From the NCBI GenBank assembly GCA_001792215.1, contig MGGC01000033.1, forward strand, positions 2,527 through 66,526: 64,000 nt of DNA. The letters are read 5' to 3'. A program made the position numbers and the translations under genes. The notes under the pieces are model-generated. The model made no database searches, was not told where the DNA came from, and saw nothing but the letters and a program-made list of their open reading frames with translations. This DNA is from Candidatus Woesebacteria bacterium RIFCSPHIGHO2_01_FULL_38_10. Lineage in GTDB: Bacteria > Patescibacteriota > Microgenomatia > UBA8517. This document shows positions 10,659 through 19,772 of the stretch, piece after piece (the first letter of the stretch is position 1; each line of letters begins with the position of its first letter).

Positions 10659-11024
10659 ATGGGAATAGGACATCCTGTCAGAAAAAGTTTTGGCTATGCA
10701 TTTGAAGGAATCAAAACTGCTTTTAAAAATGAACCAAATCTGAAAATCCATTCTTTTTTTGCAATCGCAGCTCTCTTCCTAGGATTCATTCTTAAACTTG
10801 ACAAAATTGAATGGCTTATTTTGACCTTCACCATATTTTGGGTAATATCTTTGGAACTACTTAATACTGTTCTTGAAGCGCTTACCAATTTAGTGAGTCC
10901 AGAAATTAAGCCCTATGCCAAAACCGCAAAAGATGTTTCAGCAGCATCTGTTCTTTTAGCTGCCATTCTTTCAATAATTACCGGAATTGTCCTTTTTCTT
11001 CCCAAAATTATTCTTCTTTTGTGA
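10659..11024 (+). CDS. dgkA: Diacylglycerol kinase / undecaprenol kinase (DgkA family).
   Basis: 121 aa, three TM helices, conserved N-terminal amphipathic segment (FGYAFEGIKTAFKNEPNLKIH). Confidence 0.8.
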   Translation: MGIGHPVRKSFGYAFEGIKTAFKNEPNLKIHSFFAIAALFLGFILKLDKIEWLILTFTIFWVISLELLNTVLEALTNLVSPEIKPYAKTAKDVSAASVLLAAILSIITGIVLFLPKIILLL

Positions 11025-12213
11025 GGATATAAATTAAGTTTGCCTTATCATCAGAGATAAAAAGTACGCCATCTTTATCAAAGACTAAATCCACCGGCCG
11101 ACCTAAAACATCTTCCCCCTTGAGCCAACCAGTAATATAATCACTCATTCCGATAGTACTATCGTCTTGCATTTCCAACTTTACAATTTTATATCCCGTC
11201 GGAACGCTGCGATTCCACGAACCATGAAGCGCTGATAGTAAATCTCCTTGATCTTGCTTCGAAAAAAGGGGGGAATTAATGAATACCAGTCCAAGAGGCG
11301 CAACATGGGAAGGATAGTCAAAAGTGCTTAGAGTCTTTTCCAGAGCTTCGCAAACTGAGACCCTTGGAGGGTATAATTTTTTATCGAAGTCTTTGTCATG
11401 AACATTCTTTCCGTAGCAGTTTGGCCAACCATAATCTTTTCCCTCCTCTATAATATTCAGTTCATCAGGCGGTAAGTCATCGCCAAGAAAATCTCTACCC
11501 ATATCATTTCCCCACATTCTTCCTTTTTCATCAAATGTAAAAAAGACCGTATTTCTCAGACCTTCTGCATAAACTCTAAGATTTTTTCCATCAAGATCTG
11601 AAACAAGTACACTTGAACGGTGCCAGTCATTTTCTATACAAACATCACAAGATGATCCTACACTTGTATATAATTTGTCATCGAACACTTTTATTGTTCT
11701 GGTAAAATGTCTTCCGCCTGCAGGAAGGCTAAAAAGTATCTTTGGATCTTCCGCTTTTAAATCCTGGGTATTAAAGGTAAATTTAACAACTTTGTCTGTT
11801 TCAGCAACGAAAAAATTTTCACCGTGAAAGGTAATTCCATGGGGCTTGTTGAGTTTGTCGATAACCACAACAAATTCATCTACCATTCCATTCCTATCGC
11901 GATCAGGAAGGGCTAAGACCTTCCCCTCACTTGGGATTGAAACGACAATTATTCCGTTTGGATCGAAGGCAAGAACTCGGGGAGACCCAACATCTTTTAG
12001 ATTAGCAAAAACCGCTAATCTAAACCCTTGAGGTATGGATAGCTTTTTATCATAATCAAACCCCTGGGGAAGCTTACTGCCCTCTTTGGGAGGAAAATCT
12101 TTAGTTACCAAACTAGTATCTTGATCTAGATGATAAAGGTTTCTCAATAATGCATAAATTAACCCAAAAGAAATAAAAATAATAATCAAGATAATACCAA
12201 CTCTTTTTAACAT
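11008..12213 (-). CDS. PQQ-dependent sugar (glucose/sorbosone) dehydrogenase-like beta-propeller.
   Basis: 401 aa with a signal/TM N-terminus. Motifs GLRNTVFFTFDEKGRMWGNDMG and DELNIIEEGKDYGWPNCYG are typical of soluble quinoprotein dehydrogenases. Confidence 0.6.
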   Translation of the reverse strand: MLKRVGIILIIIFISFGLIYALLRNLYHLDQDTSLVTKDFPPKEGSKLPQGFDYDKKLSIPQGFRLAVFANLKDVGSPRVLAFDPNGIIVVSIPSEGKVLALPDRDRNGMVDEFVVVIDKLNKPHGITFHGENFFVAETDKVVKFTFNTQDLKAEDPKILFSLPAGGRHFTRTIKVFDDKLYTSVGSSCDVCIENDWHRSSVLVSDLDGKNLRVYAEGLRNTVFFTFDEKGRMWGNDMGRDFLGDDLPPDELNIIEEGKDYGWPNCYGKNVHDKDFDKKLYPPRVSVCEALEKTLSTFDYPSHVAPLGLVFINSPLFSKQDQGDLLSALHGSWNRSVPTGYKIVKLEMQDDSTIGMSDYITGWLKGEDVLGRPVDLVFDKDGVLFISDDKANLIYILTKEE

Positions 12214-12225
12214 TCGATTGTTTCA

Positions 12226-12936
12226 CTATCTATACTTACTAAAAACCAGAAAATCCTTCCAATTACTTTTATTTAGAGAATCTAGTTTTACTGAATCTCC
12301 AACTTTACACTCACCGATCTTTGTCCTTCTCAAATTTTTTAAATACGCACCACAGCCAAGTTTTCTTCCAATATCACGTCCCAATGCCCGAATATAAGTT
12401 CCAGAAGACACCTTACAATTAATTTTCAGAATCGGATAGTTATAAGAAACTAATTCAATTGAATAAATCGTAATTTTCCTTGGTCTTAGACTTAATCTGA
12501 CTCCTTTTCTTGCCAACTCGTAAGCTTTTCTTCCCTTAATTTTTATTGCGGAATACTCGGGAGGAATCTGTTCTTGCCTTCCGGAAAACAACCTCAAGGT
12601 GTTTCTCACTTCTTTTTCACTTGGAGGCAAAAACCCCTTGGCCTTCGAAATAACAACTCCTTCTGCATCGTCTGTGTCGGTTTCTGCCCCTAAAAAAATT
12701 TCTGCTTGGTAAGTTTTCATCGTCCCTTTCGAAATTACACCTAACTTTTTCGTTGCATCTCTCCCGACCCCGACAATTAAAAGCCCTGTTGCATTCGGAT
12801 CCAAGGTCCCGGCATGTCCAACCTTCGCCTCGCCGAAGCCTTTGTGCAAAGGCAGGTTATCCCTGACAATCTTTCTCACCCTGTCAACAACATCGTGTGA
12901 AGTAATTCCTTTGGGTTTGTCTATCAAAAGGAACAC
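12226..12936 (-). CDS. truB: tRNA pseudouridine(55) synthase.
   Basis: 236 aa with the catalytic-Asp motif GHAGTLDPNATGLLIVGVG. Confidence 0.9.
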   Translation of the reverse strand: MFLLIDKPKGITSHDVVDRVRKIVRDNLPLHKGFGEAKVGHAGTLDPNATGLLIVGVGRDATKKLGVISKGTMKTYQAEIFLGAETDTDDAEGVVISKAKGFLPPSEKEVRNTLRLFSGRQEQIPPEYSAIKIKGRKAYELARKGVRLSLRPRKITIYSIELVSYNYPILKINCKVSSGTYIRALGRDIGRKLGCGAYLKNLRRTKIGECKVGDSVKLDSLNKSNWKDFLVFSKYR

Positions 12937-12989
12937 TGAATTATTATTGGTAAAAATTAACTTGAACTTAAAGTCTTGAGAAATATTAT

Positions 12990-13268
12990 CTATCTGCCAC
13001 CTAATCTGGCCAATTCCTCAATTATTTGCTCATCAGTCACGTCTTCTCCTGCAACTAATCGAGAAATTCCCTTTTTCCTCAGAGCTCGTTGAACACGATT
13101 AGATTTCCGACTGCAACTTACTTGCACAGGAAAACCGTCGATAGTCATATCTGTCTTTCCAGCGTAATCTGATTCGGGATCCCTCAAAACACTCGACCCC
13201 AATCTCAAAGCTAAATCTTCAACTCGCCCTTCCGCTTTTTTACCCTTCTTTCGTGCCTCTACTGTCAT
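12990..13268 (-). CDS. Hypothetical protein (92 aa). GC-richer than its neighbours.
   Basis: ORF only. No family recognised. Confidence 0.4.
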   Translation of the reverse strand: MTVEARKKGKKAEGRVEDLALRLGSSVLRDPESDYAGKTDMTIDGFPVQVSCSRKSNRVQRALRKKGISRLVAGEDVTDEQIIEELARLGGR

Positions 13269-13322
13269 AATTTCGGTATTTTACAACAAAAATAACATAA
13301 TCCATAGTTTTCTGACCAAAAC

Positions 13323-14009
13323 TCAGTTTTCAAAAACAATCAAGTCGGTTTTTGCACCGAGAAGGGAAAGGGACTTTTGAAGATCTTTTACCATCGTCTT
13401 CGGGCCGCAGATGTAAAAAAACCTAGCAAAATCATCGATATACTTCTTGAGAAAATCGGTATCAACTCTACCATATTCATAACCTCTAAGTTTCTCCCTA
13501 GTCAGAGTAAGAACAAGATCTCCATTATCGAACATGCTCTTAAACTCTTTCTCTAAAATAATATCGCGGGCTTTTTTGTTAGAAAAAATCAATTTATTCC
13601 CCTTGATTTTGCCGTCTTTTTTAAGCTGTCTTAAAATGGCAATAAATGGCGTAATTCCGGCACCACCAGCTATAAATACCCCGGGCCCTTGATAATTTAT
13701 CGTTCCCCAAGGATTATCAATTAAAAGCTCATCGCCCGGAAGAAGTTTATGAAGCTCTTCGGTCATTCCCCCATGATCCGGATGTCTATCAAGCACATAG
13801 CCTTTGATAATAAATTCCAAAACTAAATCTTCGTTTAATGAAGTAAAAGTAAAGGGATGTTTTTTTCCCTCCCAACCAGGTTTATTAACGGCAATCTCTG
13901 TTGCCTGCCCGGGAGTAAATTTATATCCTTCCGGTTTTTCAACGATAAATCGCTTTACATCGTGGGTCACAAAACTGGTCATTAAAATTTTAACTTTGTA
14001 ACTCGCCAT
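13323..14009 (-). CDS. FAD/NAD(P)-binding oxidoreductase, ferredoxin-NADP reductase-like.
   Basis: 228 aa. FAD-binding barrel (FTPGQATEIAV...HPFTFTS) and an NAD(P)-binding GGAGITPFIAILRQL motif. Confidence 0.7.
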   Translation of the reverse strand: MASYKVKILMTSFVTHDVKRFIVEKPEGYKFTPGQATEIAVNKPGWEGKKHPFTFTSLNEDLVLEFIIKGYVLDRHPDHGGMTEELHKLLPGDELLIDNPWGTINYQGPGVFIAGGAGITPFIAILRQLKKDGKIKGNKLIFSNKKARDIILEKEFKSMFDNGDLVLTLTREKLRGYEYGRVDTDFLKKYIDDFARFFYICGPKTMVKDLQKSLSLLGAKTDLIVFEN

Positions 14010-14019
14010 TTTAGTGATA

Positions 14020-14412
14020 CTAATATTCTTGTTCTTCTCCTTTTACAGCTTCCTCGCGGGTTTTGTGAACAGTTTTGTCTGGATGGTTTGGCGGGGAGTA
14101 AATTGTGTAAAGTTTTAGCTCTTTATCGGCAGATGTATTGATAATATTATGTTCACTCCCGGCCGGAACGATAATTGCAAAACCATCCCCTGCCTCTGAC
14201 ACCTCTTTGTCAATTATTACTTTTGCCAGTCCTGCCTCGATTCTGAAAAATTGATCTACATTGGGGTGAACTTCCGCTCCAATCTCCTCACCCGGTTTTA
14301 GACTCATAACAACCAGTTGTAAATATTTACCCGTAAAAAGGACTTTTCTAAAATTACTGTTTCCTAAAGTCGTTTTTTCTATACCATCAATATATCCCTT
14401 CATAATTTTCAC
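14020..14412 (-). CDS. Cupin-domain protein.
   Basis: 130 aa with a cupin-like pattern of His/Glu-containing beta-strands (GAEVHPNVDQFFRIEAG...PAGSEHNI). Confidence 0.55.
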   Translation of the reverse strand: MKIMKGYIDGIEKTTLGNSNFRKVLFTGKYLQLVVMSLKPGEEIGAEVHPNVDQFFRIEAGLAKVIIDKEVSEAGDGFAIIVPAGSEHNIINTSADKELKLYTIYSPPNHPDKTVHKTREEAVKGEEQEY

Positions 14413-14418
14413 CTCCCA

Positions 14419-15078
14419 TTAATATCTCAATATCCTAACTATAATCCTATTAAAAACAATAAAAATCAAGTCTATAAATATGGGTACTAGTAATATTTTA
14501 TCGGCTTTTTGAATCAAGTTAACCAATTCAGGATCACTTTTGAAGGATATACTCACTCCCAAAAAATAAAAAGCTCCCAATAAAAACAAAAATATAATTG
14601 CAATCTCCCACGCCCCGGACAGGTCACTCTTGCTCAGATACATCGTATTGGATATGGTAAATATTAAGTAGGTAGTTAAAGTTATGTAATAAGGGTTATT
14701 GCTGTGCCCTTGCGAGAGGAAAAGATAAATAAGTATGCTGATCAATCCAACTCCGAATATAAATGGTGCAATGCCGATTAAAAATCTCCTGAAAAAGTCG
14801 GACCTTGCTATAGAAACACTTCCTAGTTTTACATAACTTTTCTCAAACTCAGGAGTTAGCTTAAATTTTCCAACTGGGACGAACAAAAGTATTGCAGTAA
14901 TAAAGTGGGAGAGTTCATGAACAGCGGTTCCAGGTAAGAAAAGTAGCGAAGTAAGGTAGACCGTCAACTTCTTACTTTTAGTCAAGCGATAAAAAGACTC
15001 AGAAAATTTTCTATAAATATCTTTAGAAAGAAAATACAAAAAGACAATTTCAAATATGAATATTAAAAGATGGTACAT
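14419..15078 (-). CDS. Polytopic membrane protein with an HExxH motif (putative membrane zinc metalloprotease).
   Basis: 219 aa, several TM helices, HELSH motif (TAVHELSHFITAILLF). Confidence 0.45.
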   Translation of the reverse strand: MYHLLIFIFEIVFLYFLSKDIYRKFSESFYRLTKSKKLTVYLTSLLFLPGTAVHELSHFITAILLFVPVGKFKLTPEFEKSYVKLGSVSIARSDFFRRFLIGIAPFIFGVGLISILIYLFLSQGHSNNPYYITLTTYLIFTISNTMYLSKSDLSGAWEIAIIFLFLLGAFYFLGVSISFKSDPELVNLIQKADKILLVPIFIDLIFIVFNRIIVRILRY

Positions 15079-15120
15079 TGCAATAACCGGCTTTAATACA
15101 TTATTCTAAATCTAAATCAA

Positions 15121-16332
15121 ATGAAACGGAAATTTCCCAAAATACAAAAATTAAAATTCTCCAAGACTGCTAAACTAACTGTTTCTTTTCTTTTTCTTGC
15201 GGCTTTTTTAACTTTTAGATTTTATGCCTTTGAATCAAAAAATAAACTCTCTCGGGTAAATCAAGAATTGTCGAACCTGCAAAAGGAGAAAGACGAGAAT
15301 ATTAAGAAATTAGAAAGTTTTGAAAAAGACTTGGAAAATCTTAAAAAAGAAGATCAGTATAAAAAAAATGTGGCTTTACAAGAAGAAATTGCAAACATTC
15401 AAAAAACTTATAAAGGTGCTGTATTGATTTACGAAGATTTGATTAAACTTAAAGAAAAGACTGATAAAACAAAACAATTTGATGAACTGTTTACAAAAAT
15501 ACTGGTTGATCTTTCCAGTCGTGATTTCCTGAAAGCCCAGGAAAAGATAAATAATTTAAGTCAAAACATTAAAGGCGAAGAAGCTAAACTTGCCGCCAGT
15601 TTCACAATTCCCCAAAGTGTCCCTGAAAATGATCTTGCGCCGGAGACTGGTTATAGCAGACAAAGGGTTTTGACTGACGCAGAAACTTTTATGGTAAGTA
15701 TTGTTGCTGGAGATTTGGGAACAACTAAAGTGGTTGTTGATACCGCATCAGACAGTGATTGCTTTGACAACTGTCCTACCCTACCTCTGGCAACTTATGT
15801 CTCAAGAAATGGTGCTTTTGCCGGAGTTAATGGAAGCTATTTTTGTCCAGCTGAGTATCCGTCCTGTGCTGGGAAAACAAACTCATTTGACCTTCTGGTT
15901 ATGAACAAAAACAAAACCTACTTCAATTCTGGAAACAATGTTTATAGCGGCAATCCCGCCGTCATCTTCGGGGGTAATTATATAAGATTTGTCGGAACTG
16001 TTTCAGAATGGGGAAGAGACACGGGTCCCAACGGGGTTTTATCCAATTTTCCCTTACTTCTTTCTGGGGAAAATATCAGTTTTGGCGGCGATGAAGATCC
16101 CAAAAAAGGCAGTAAAGGAGCAAGGTCTTTCGTTGCCAATAAAGGAAATACTATCTTTATAGGAGTAGTTCACAATGCGACCGTTGCCGAATCAGCCAGA
16201 GTTATGAAAGCTCTGGGAATGGAAAACGCTTTAAATTTAGATAACGGAGGATCAACTGCCTTATGGTACGGAGGTTATAAAGTCGGTCCTGGCAGAAATT
16301 TACCCAATGCAATCATTTTTATAAGAAAGTGA
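15121..16332 (+). CDS. Phosphodiester glycosidase (NAGPA/DUF2233) domain protein with an N-terminal TM segment and coiled-coil.
   Basis: 403 aa. The C-terminal domain contains SYFCPAEYPSCAGKTNSFDLLVMN and LNLDNGGSTALWYGG, typical of this family. Confidence 0.6.
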   Translation: MKRKFPKIQKLKFSKTAKLTVSFLFLAAFLTFRFYAFESKNKLSRVNQELSNLQKEKDENIKKLESFEKDLENLKKEDQYKKNVALQEEIANIQKTYKGAVLIYEDLIKLKEKTDKTKQFDELFTKILVDLSSRDFLKAQEKINNLSQNIKGEEAKLAASFTIPQSVPENDLAPETGYSRQRVLTDAETFMVSIVAGDLGTTKVVVDTASDSDCFDNCPTLPLATYVSRNGAFAGVNGSYFCPAEYPSCAGKTNSFDLLVMNKNKTYFNSGNNVYSGNPAVIFGGNYIRFVGTVSEWGRDTGPNGVLSNFPLLLSGENISFGGDEDPKKGSKGARSFVANKGNTIFIGVVHNATVAESARVMKALGMENALNLDNGGSTALWYGGYKVGPGRNLPNAIIFIRK

Positions 16333-16337
16333 TTTTT

Positions 16338-17693
16338 TTAGAGGCTTCTTAAAATTCCCCTGGCAGCCATAATTCCAGTAGCTGCGGCTCCTGTTATTGT
16401 TCCTGAAAGACCAGAAGCGTCGCCAGCGACATAGACGTTTTTCAGAGCCGTTTGCATATCGTAAGTGGTTAAAACAAACGACGAGCGGAATTTCACTTCA
16501 GGAGCATACAAAAGCGTTGATCCTGAGTTAACTCCGGGCATAACTACATCCAACTTTTCCAGACCTTCAATAATATTTGTCACCAACCGATGAGGTAAAG
16601 CCATTGAAATATCTCCTGGTGTAACTTTATTGGAGGGCAAGGATGCTCTTACTATTGACTTTGAAAGTCTTGACGGTGTACTTCGACGGCCTCTTCGTAA
16701 ATCAGTTAATCTTTGAATAATTGGCTTGCCACCTCCAATAGTTGACGCCAAACGAGCGATTGATTCTGCGTAAGCAATTGAATTTTCAACAGGTTCGGTT
16801 AAATTGACTTCACAAACAAAGGCAAAATTAGAATTTTCAGATTCATGGTTTGAGGTTGAATGACCATTAACACAAACATAGTCACCGTACTCTTCAATGG
16901 TCACCATACCGTTCGGACAAGAACAAAAAGTACGCATGATATCATCGTATGTTTTGGTCCTAACCTTAAGAACAATTTCGTATAAGCTATCAGCATACTT
17001 TCGCATAACTGATTTGGGAAACTCCACCCTGACCCCCACTTCAACCATCCCATATTGATATCTAATGCCAACCCTGTCAGCTAAATCTTGAAGCCATTTA
17101 GCCCCGATCCTTCCGGGAACAAGAAGAATCTTTTTGGCAAAGTATTTATTCTCCTTTTCATCGATAACACCTAAACACTTTTGATCCTTAATAATTAAAT
17201 CAACAATTTTGGTGTCCTCAATTAAATTTATCCCGTTTGTCAGCAGATAATTCTCAATAACTTTAATTATTTTTCTCAATCTATCCGTTCCAACATGCTG
17301 AGCACGACGAACAATAAGCTCAATATCATTTTTCTGGGCTTCTTCTACCAGCGCACTAACCTCATCGATATTCTTCGGATAATACTCACTGTCAACTCCA
17401 AAACCTGTAAACGCCTTATCAATTTCATCTAAAATTTTTTGGTAATTTTCCGGGTCTAGTAAATGAAACGTTCGCTCATGCGATAGTTTTGCAGTATAAA
17501 TAAGCTTCCCATCAGAGTAAGTGCCTGCCCCTCCGAATCCGCTCATTACCTCATTTTCTTTTCTTTTTTCCAACCTTGAACCCATGTCTATCAAAGCAGC
17601 ACTAAGCTTCCTTTTCGACTTGATAAACTCCAAACAAGCAAAAATTCCGGCAGGTCCGGCCCCCACAATAATGACGTCAAAACTTTTCTTCAT
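16338..17693 (-). CDS. FAD-dependent dehydrogenase (COG2509-like).
   Basis: 451 aa with an N-terminal dinucleotide-binding motif (DVIIVGAGPAGIFA) and GGAGTYSDGKL. Confidence 0.65.
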   Translation of the reverse strand: MKKSFDVIIVGAGPAGIFACLEFIKSKRKLSAALIDMGSRLEKRKENEVMSGFGGAGTYSDGKLIYTAKLSHERTFHLLDPENYQKILDEIDKAFTGFGVDSEYYPKNIDEVSALVEEAQKNDIELIVRRAQHVGTDRLRKIIKVIENYLLTNGINLIEDTKIVDLIIKDQKCLGVIDEKENKYFAKKILLVPGRIGAKWLQDLADRVGIRYQYGMVEVGVRVEFPKSVMRKYADSLYEIVLKVRTKTYDDIMRTFCSCPNGMVTIEEYGDYVCVNGHSTSNHESENSNFAFVCEVNLTEPVENSIAYAESIARLASTIGGGKPIIQRLTDLRRGRRSTPSRLSKSIVRASLPSNKVTPGDISMALPHRLVTNIIEGLEKLDVVMPGVNSGSTLLYAPEVKFRSSFVLTTYDMQTALKNVYVAGDASGLSGTITGAAATGIMAARGILRSL

Positions 17694-17863
17694 AACCAGT
17701 TCAATTATATGAAATAAAATTACAAATTCAAATTAGAGAGCTTATGACGTCCTCCCCGCGCAGATAGCGCGGGGTTTACTTCTAAAAGAAGACAACATAT
17801 CAGGTTCGATTCATCCCCACCCTGAAAGGGCGGGGTTTTCCCGAAACTGATATAATAAACCCC

Positions 17864-18472
17864 ATGTATGGTGAAGTATTTTTTGACGTCGAAACCAAAA
17901 AATTATTTAGCGATATAAAAGGAGATAACCCGGCAGACTTGGGAGTTTCTATTGTTTCTCTTTACACAAGAATATTAGATAATAGTTATCAGGAAGTTAA
18001 AGGAAAGTTACAAAGTTTTTGGGAACATGACTTTGATCGTATGTGGAAAATCTTTCAGGAGGCCGATCGCATCATAGGTTTTAACTCAATTGCCTTTGAT
18101 GTTCCGGCGCTTTCCCCATATTCCAATTTTTCTTTCAAAAAACTTCCTCATTTTGACATAATGGCAAAGGTCAAAGATATTTTCGGAAAAAGAATAAGTT
18201 TAGACGCAATTGCCAAAGAAACTTTGGATCGAGAAAAAAAAGAAACCGGACTTAAGGCTGTTTATTATTGGGAAAAAAAAGATAATGAAAGTTTAGAAAA
18301 GCTAAAAAAATACTGCGAGGATGATGTTTTAATAACTCGGGATATCTACGACTTCGTCCTGAAAAATGGACACCTTCTTTTTAAAGACAGGTGGAATACT
18401 TTAAGGAAGGTCAAGCTTGATTTTTTTTATCCAGAAAAGTCCTCGAAAGATACACAAATTGGCTTGTTTTGA
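17864..18472 (+). CDS. DEDDy-type 3'-5' exonuclease (RNase D / DnaQ-like fold).
   Basis: 202 aa. Exo I (FDVETKK), Exo II (IGFNSIAFDVPAL) and Exo III (YCEDDVLITRDIY) motifs. Confidence 0.65.
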   Translation: MYGEVFFDVETKKLFSDIKGDNPADLGVSIVSLYTRILDNSYQEVKGKLQSFWEHDFDRMWKIFQEADRIIGFNSIAFDVPALSPYSNFSFKKLPHFDIMAKVKDIFGKRISLDAIAKETLDREKKETGLKAVYYWEKKDNESLEKLKKYCEDDVLITRDIYDFVLKNGHLLFKDRWNTLRKVKLDFFYPEKSSKDTQIGLF

Positions 18473-19698
18473 AAGCCTGTTATAATTTTAAGCTTCACTG
18501 CAATCAACAGCCCAATCGGGTGCTTTACTGTTAACCACATTTAATACTGCTCCAACCACTTGTCTTTCGGTTGGAGATCACTCATGGCGAGATTGCAGAT
18601 GCTAAGGTCTTCGACCTTTAAGCTCTTATCTTATAAATTGATTTGTTACTTGTTCACAACCCTCTTTAAGTATTGGACAAGATAATGGCCTTGATCGTCT
18701 GTGATTGTCCTTTGATCTTGTGGCAAAACGCCCGGGATCGCAGACTGGTCCTTCATTAGTAATAATTCTGGCGGGACAATTATAGCAAACTTGATTCCAG
18801 ACTTTTTCCTGTTCAACCGCACCCACATCTAACTATATGCATATCTCTAATTTCTAAATCAATCCTGTAATTAATTACTAAAACAGTGTTACACTGAAAA
18901 TTGACGCTCCAAAATTTCATATAATCGGGAGTAAACTATATACAAATAACTCTAGATCAGATTTTACCTTTTGCGTATAACAAGAAGCTAAAACTTAGAG
19001 CTACACTCCAGCGGAGGCAATTACAATCACCTCATTAATCAGTGTTATTGAAAAGCCCAGAACGACTAATCCGCCAACAAATAACCCACCTTTAATAAAT
19101 GGGTTTTCTTTTAATGTTTTTTATTCTTCCTGATAACACAACTTTAGGAACTAACTTCAAAATTAATTTTTTAGGGTCATTCAGAAACCAGAATCGCACC
19201 TTCAAAGTTTCTTGCAACTGGACAGCTTCCTGTACTTCTATCCGGATACACACATCCTCCCTTACCTGGCAGATTTTTTCTTAATTCACATATCTCGTCC
19301 TTCTTCGGTTTCATAAATTTTCCGTCAACATTATCATTAGTTCTGTCCTGCGTCCCGCTAGTTAATTCCTGCTCCCTTTTTATAACTCTATATTTACAAT
19401 GAGACATTCCAGCGCTTTTAAATTTTACACAAGTTTTGCAGACAGGCCAAATCACCTCCGAGGTTACCAACTGACTTCACCTCGGAGGAGTCCCTTCGGG
19501 CCACCGTCCGAGGTAGTTATTAAGGGAAGTACGAAACTTGTATTTTAGAGAAAAATTCTCCCGTCGGGCAGAAAATCTATTTCGTATAAAGTTCTAAGAT
19601 ATTTCATGCCCAAAATGCTTTACTTTGCAACTTTATAAGTAACATAGACATAAAATATGTTAAAATTAGCCTTACAATTGTTTTTTCTTTTATTATAT

Positions 19699-19772
19699 TG
19701 CCCGGTCGGCTAAAGGTAGGCCAGATGGCTCTGGACCATCTAATCCACGTTCGAATCGTGGCTGGGCAGCCA
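19699..19772 (+). tRNA. tRNA-Gln, anticodon CTG, with an encoded CCA end.
   Basis: Manual cloverleaf. Acceptor TGCCCGG/CTGGGCA (U1-A72, one G-T wobble), D stem GGCT/GGCC, anticodon stem GATGG/CCATC with loop CTCTGGA (anticodon CTG), T arm CCACG-TTCGAAT-CGTGG, discriminator G73, then CCA. U1-A72 and G73 are known tRNA-Gln identity features. Confidence 0.85.

Noticed and set aside
17790-17815. GGTTCGATTC T-loop-like motif suggested a tRNA or tmRNA 3' domain.
   Set aside because: No acceptable T stem (G-A mismatch), acceptor stem or anticodon arm can be built on either strand.
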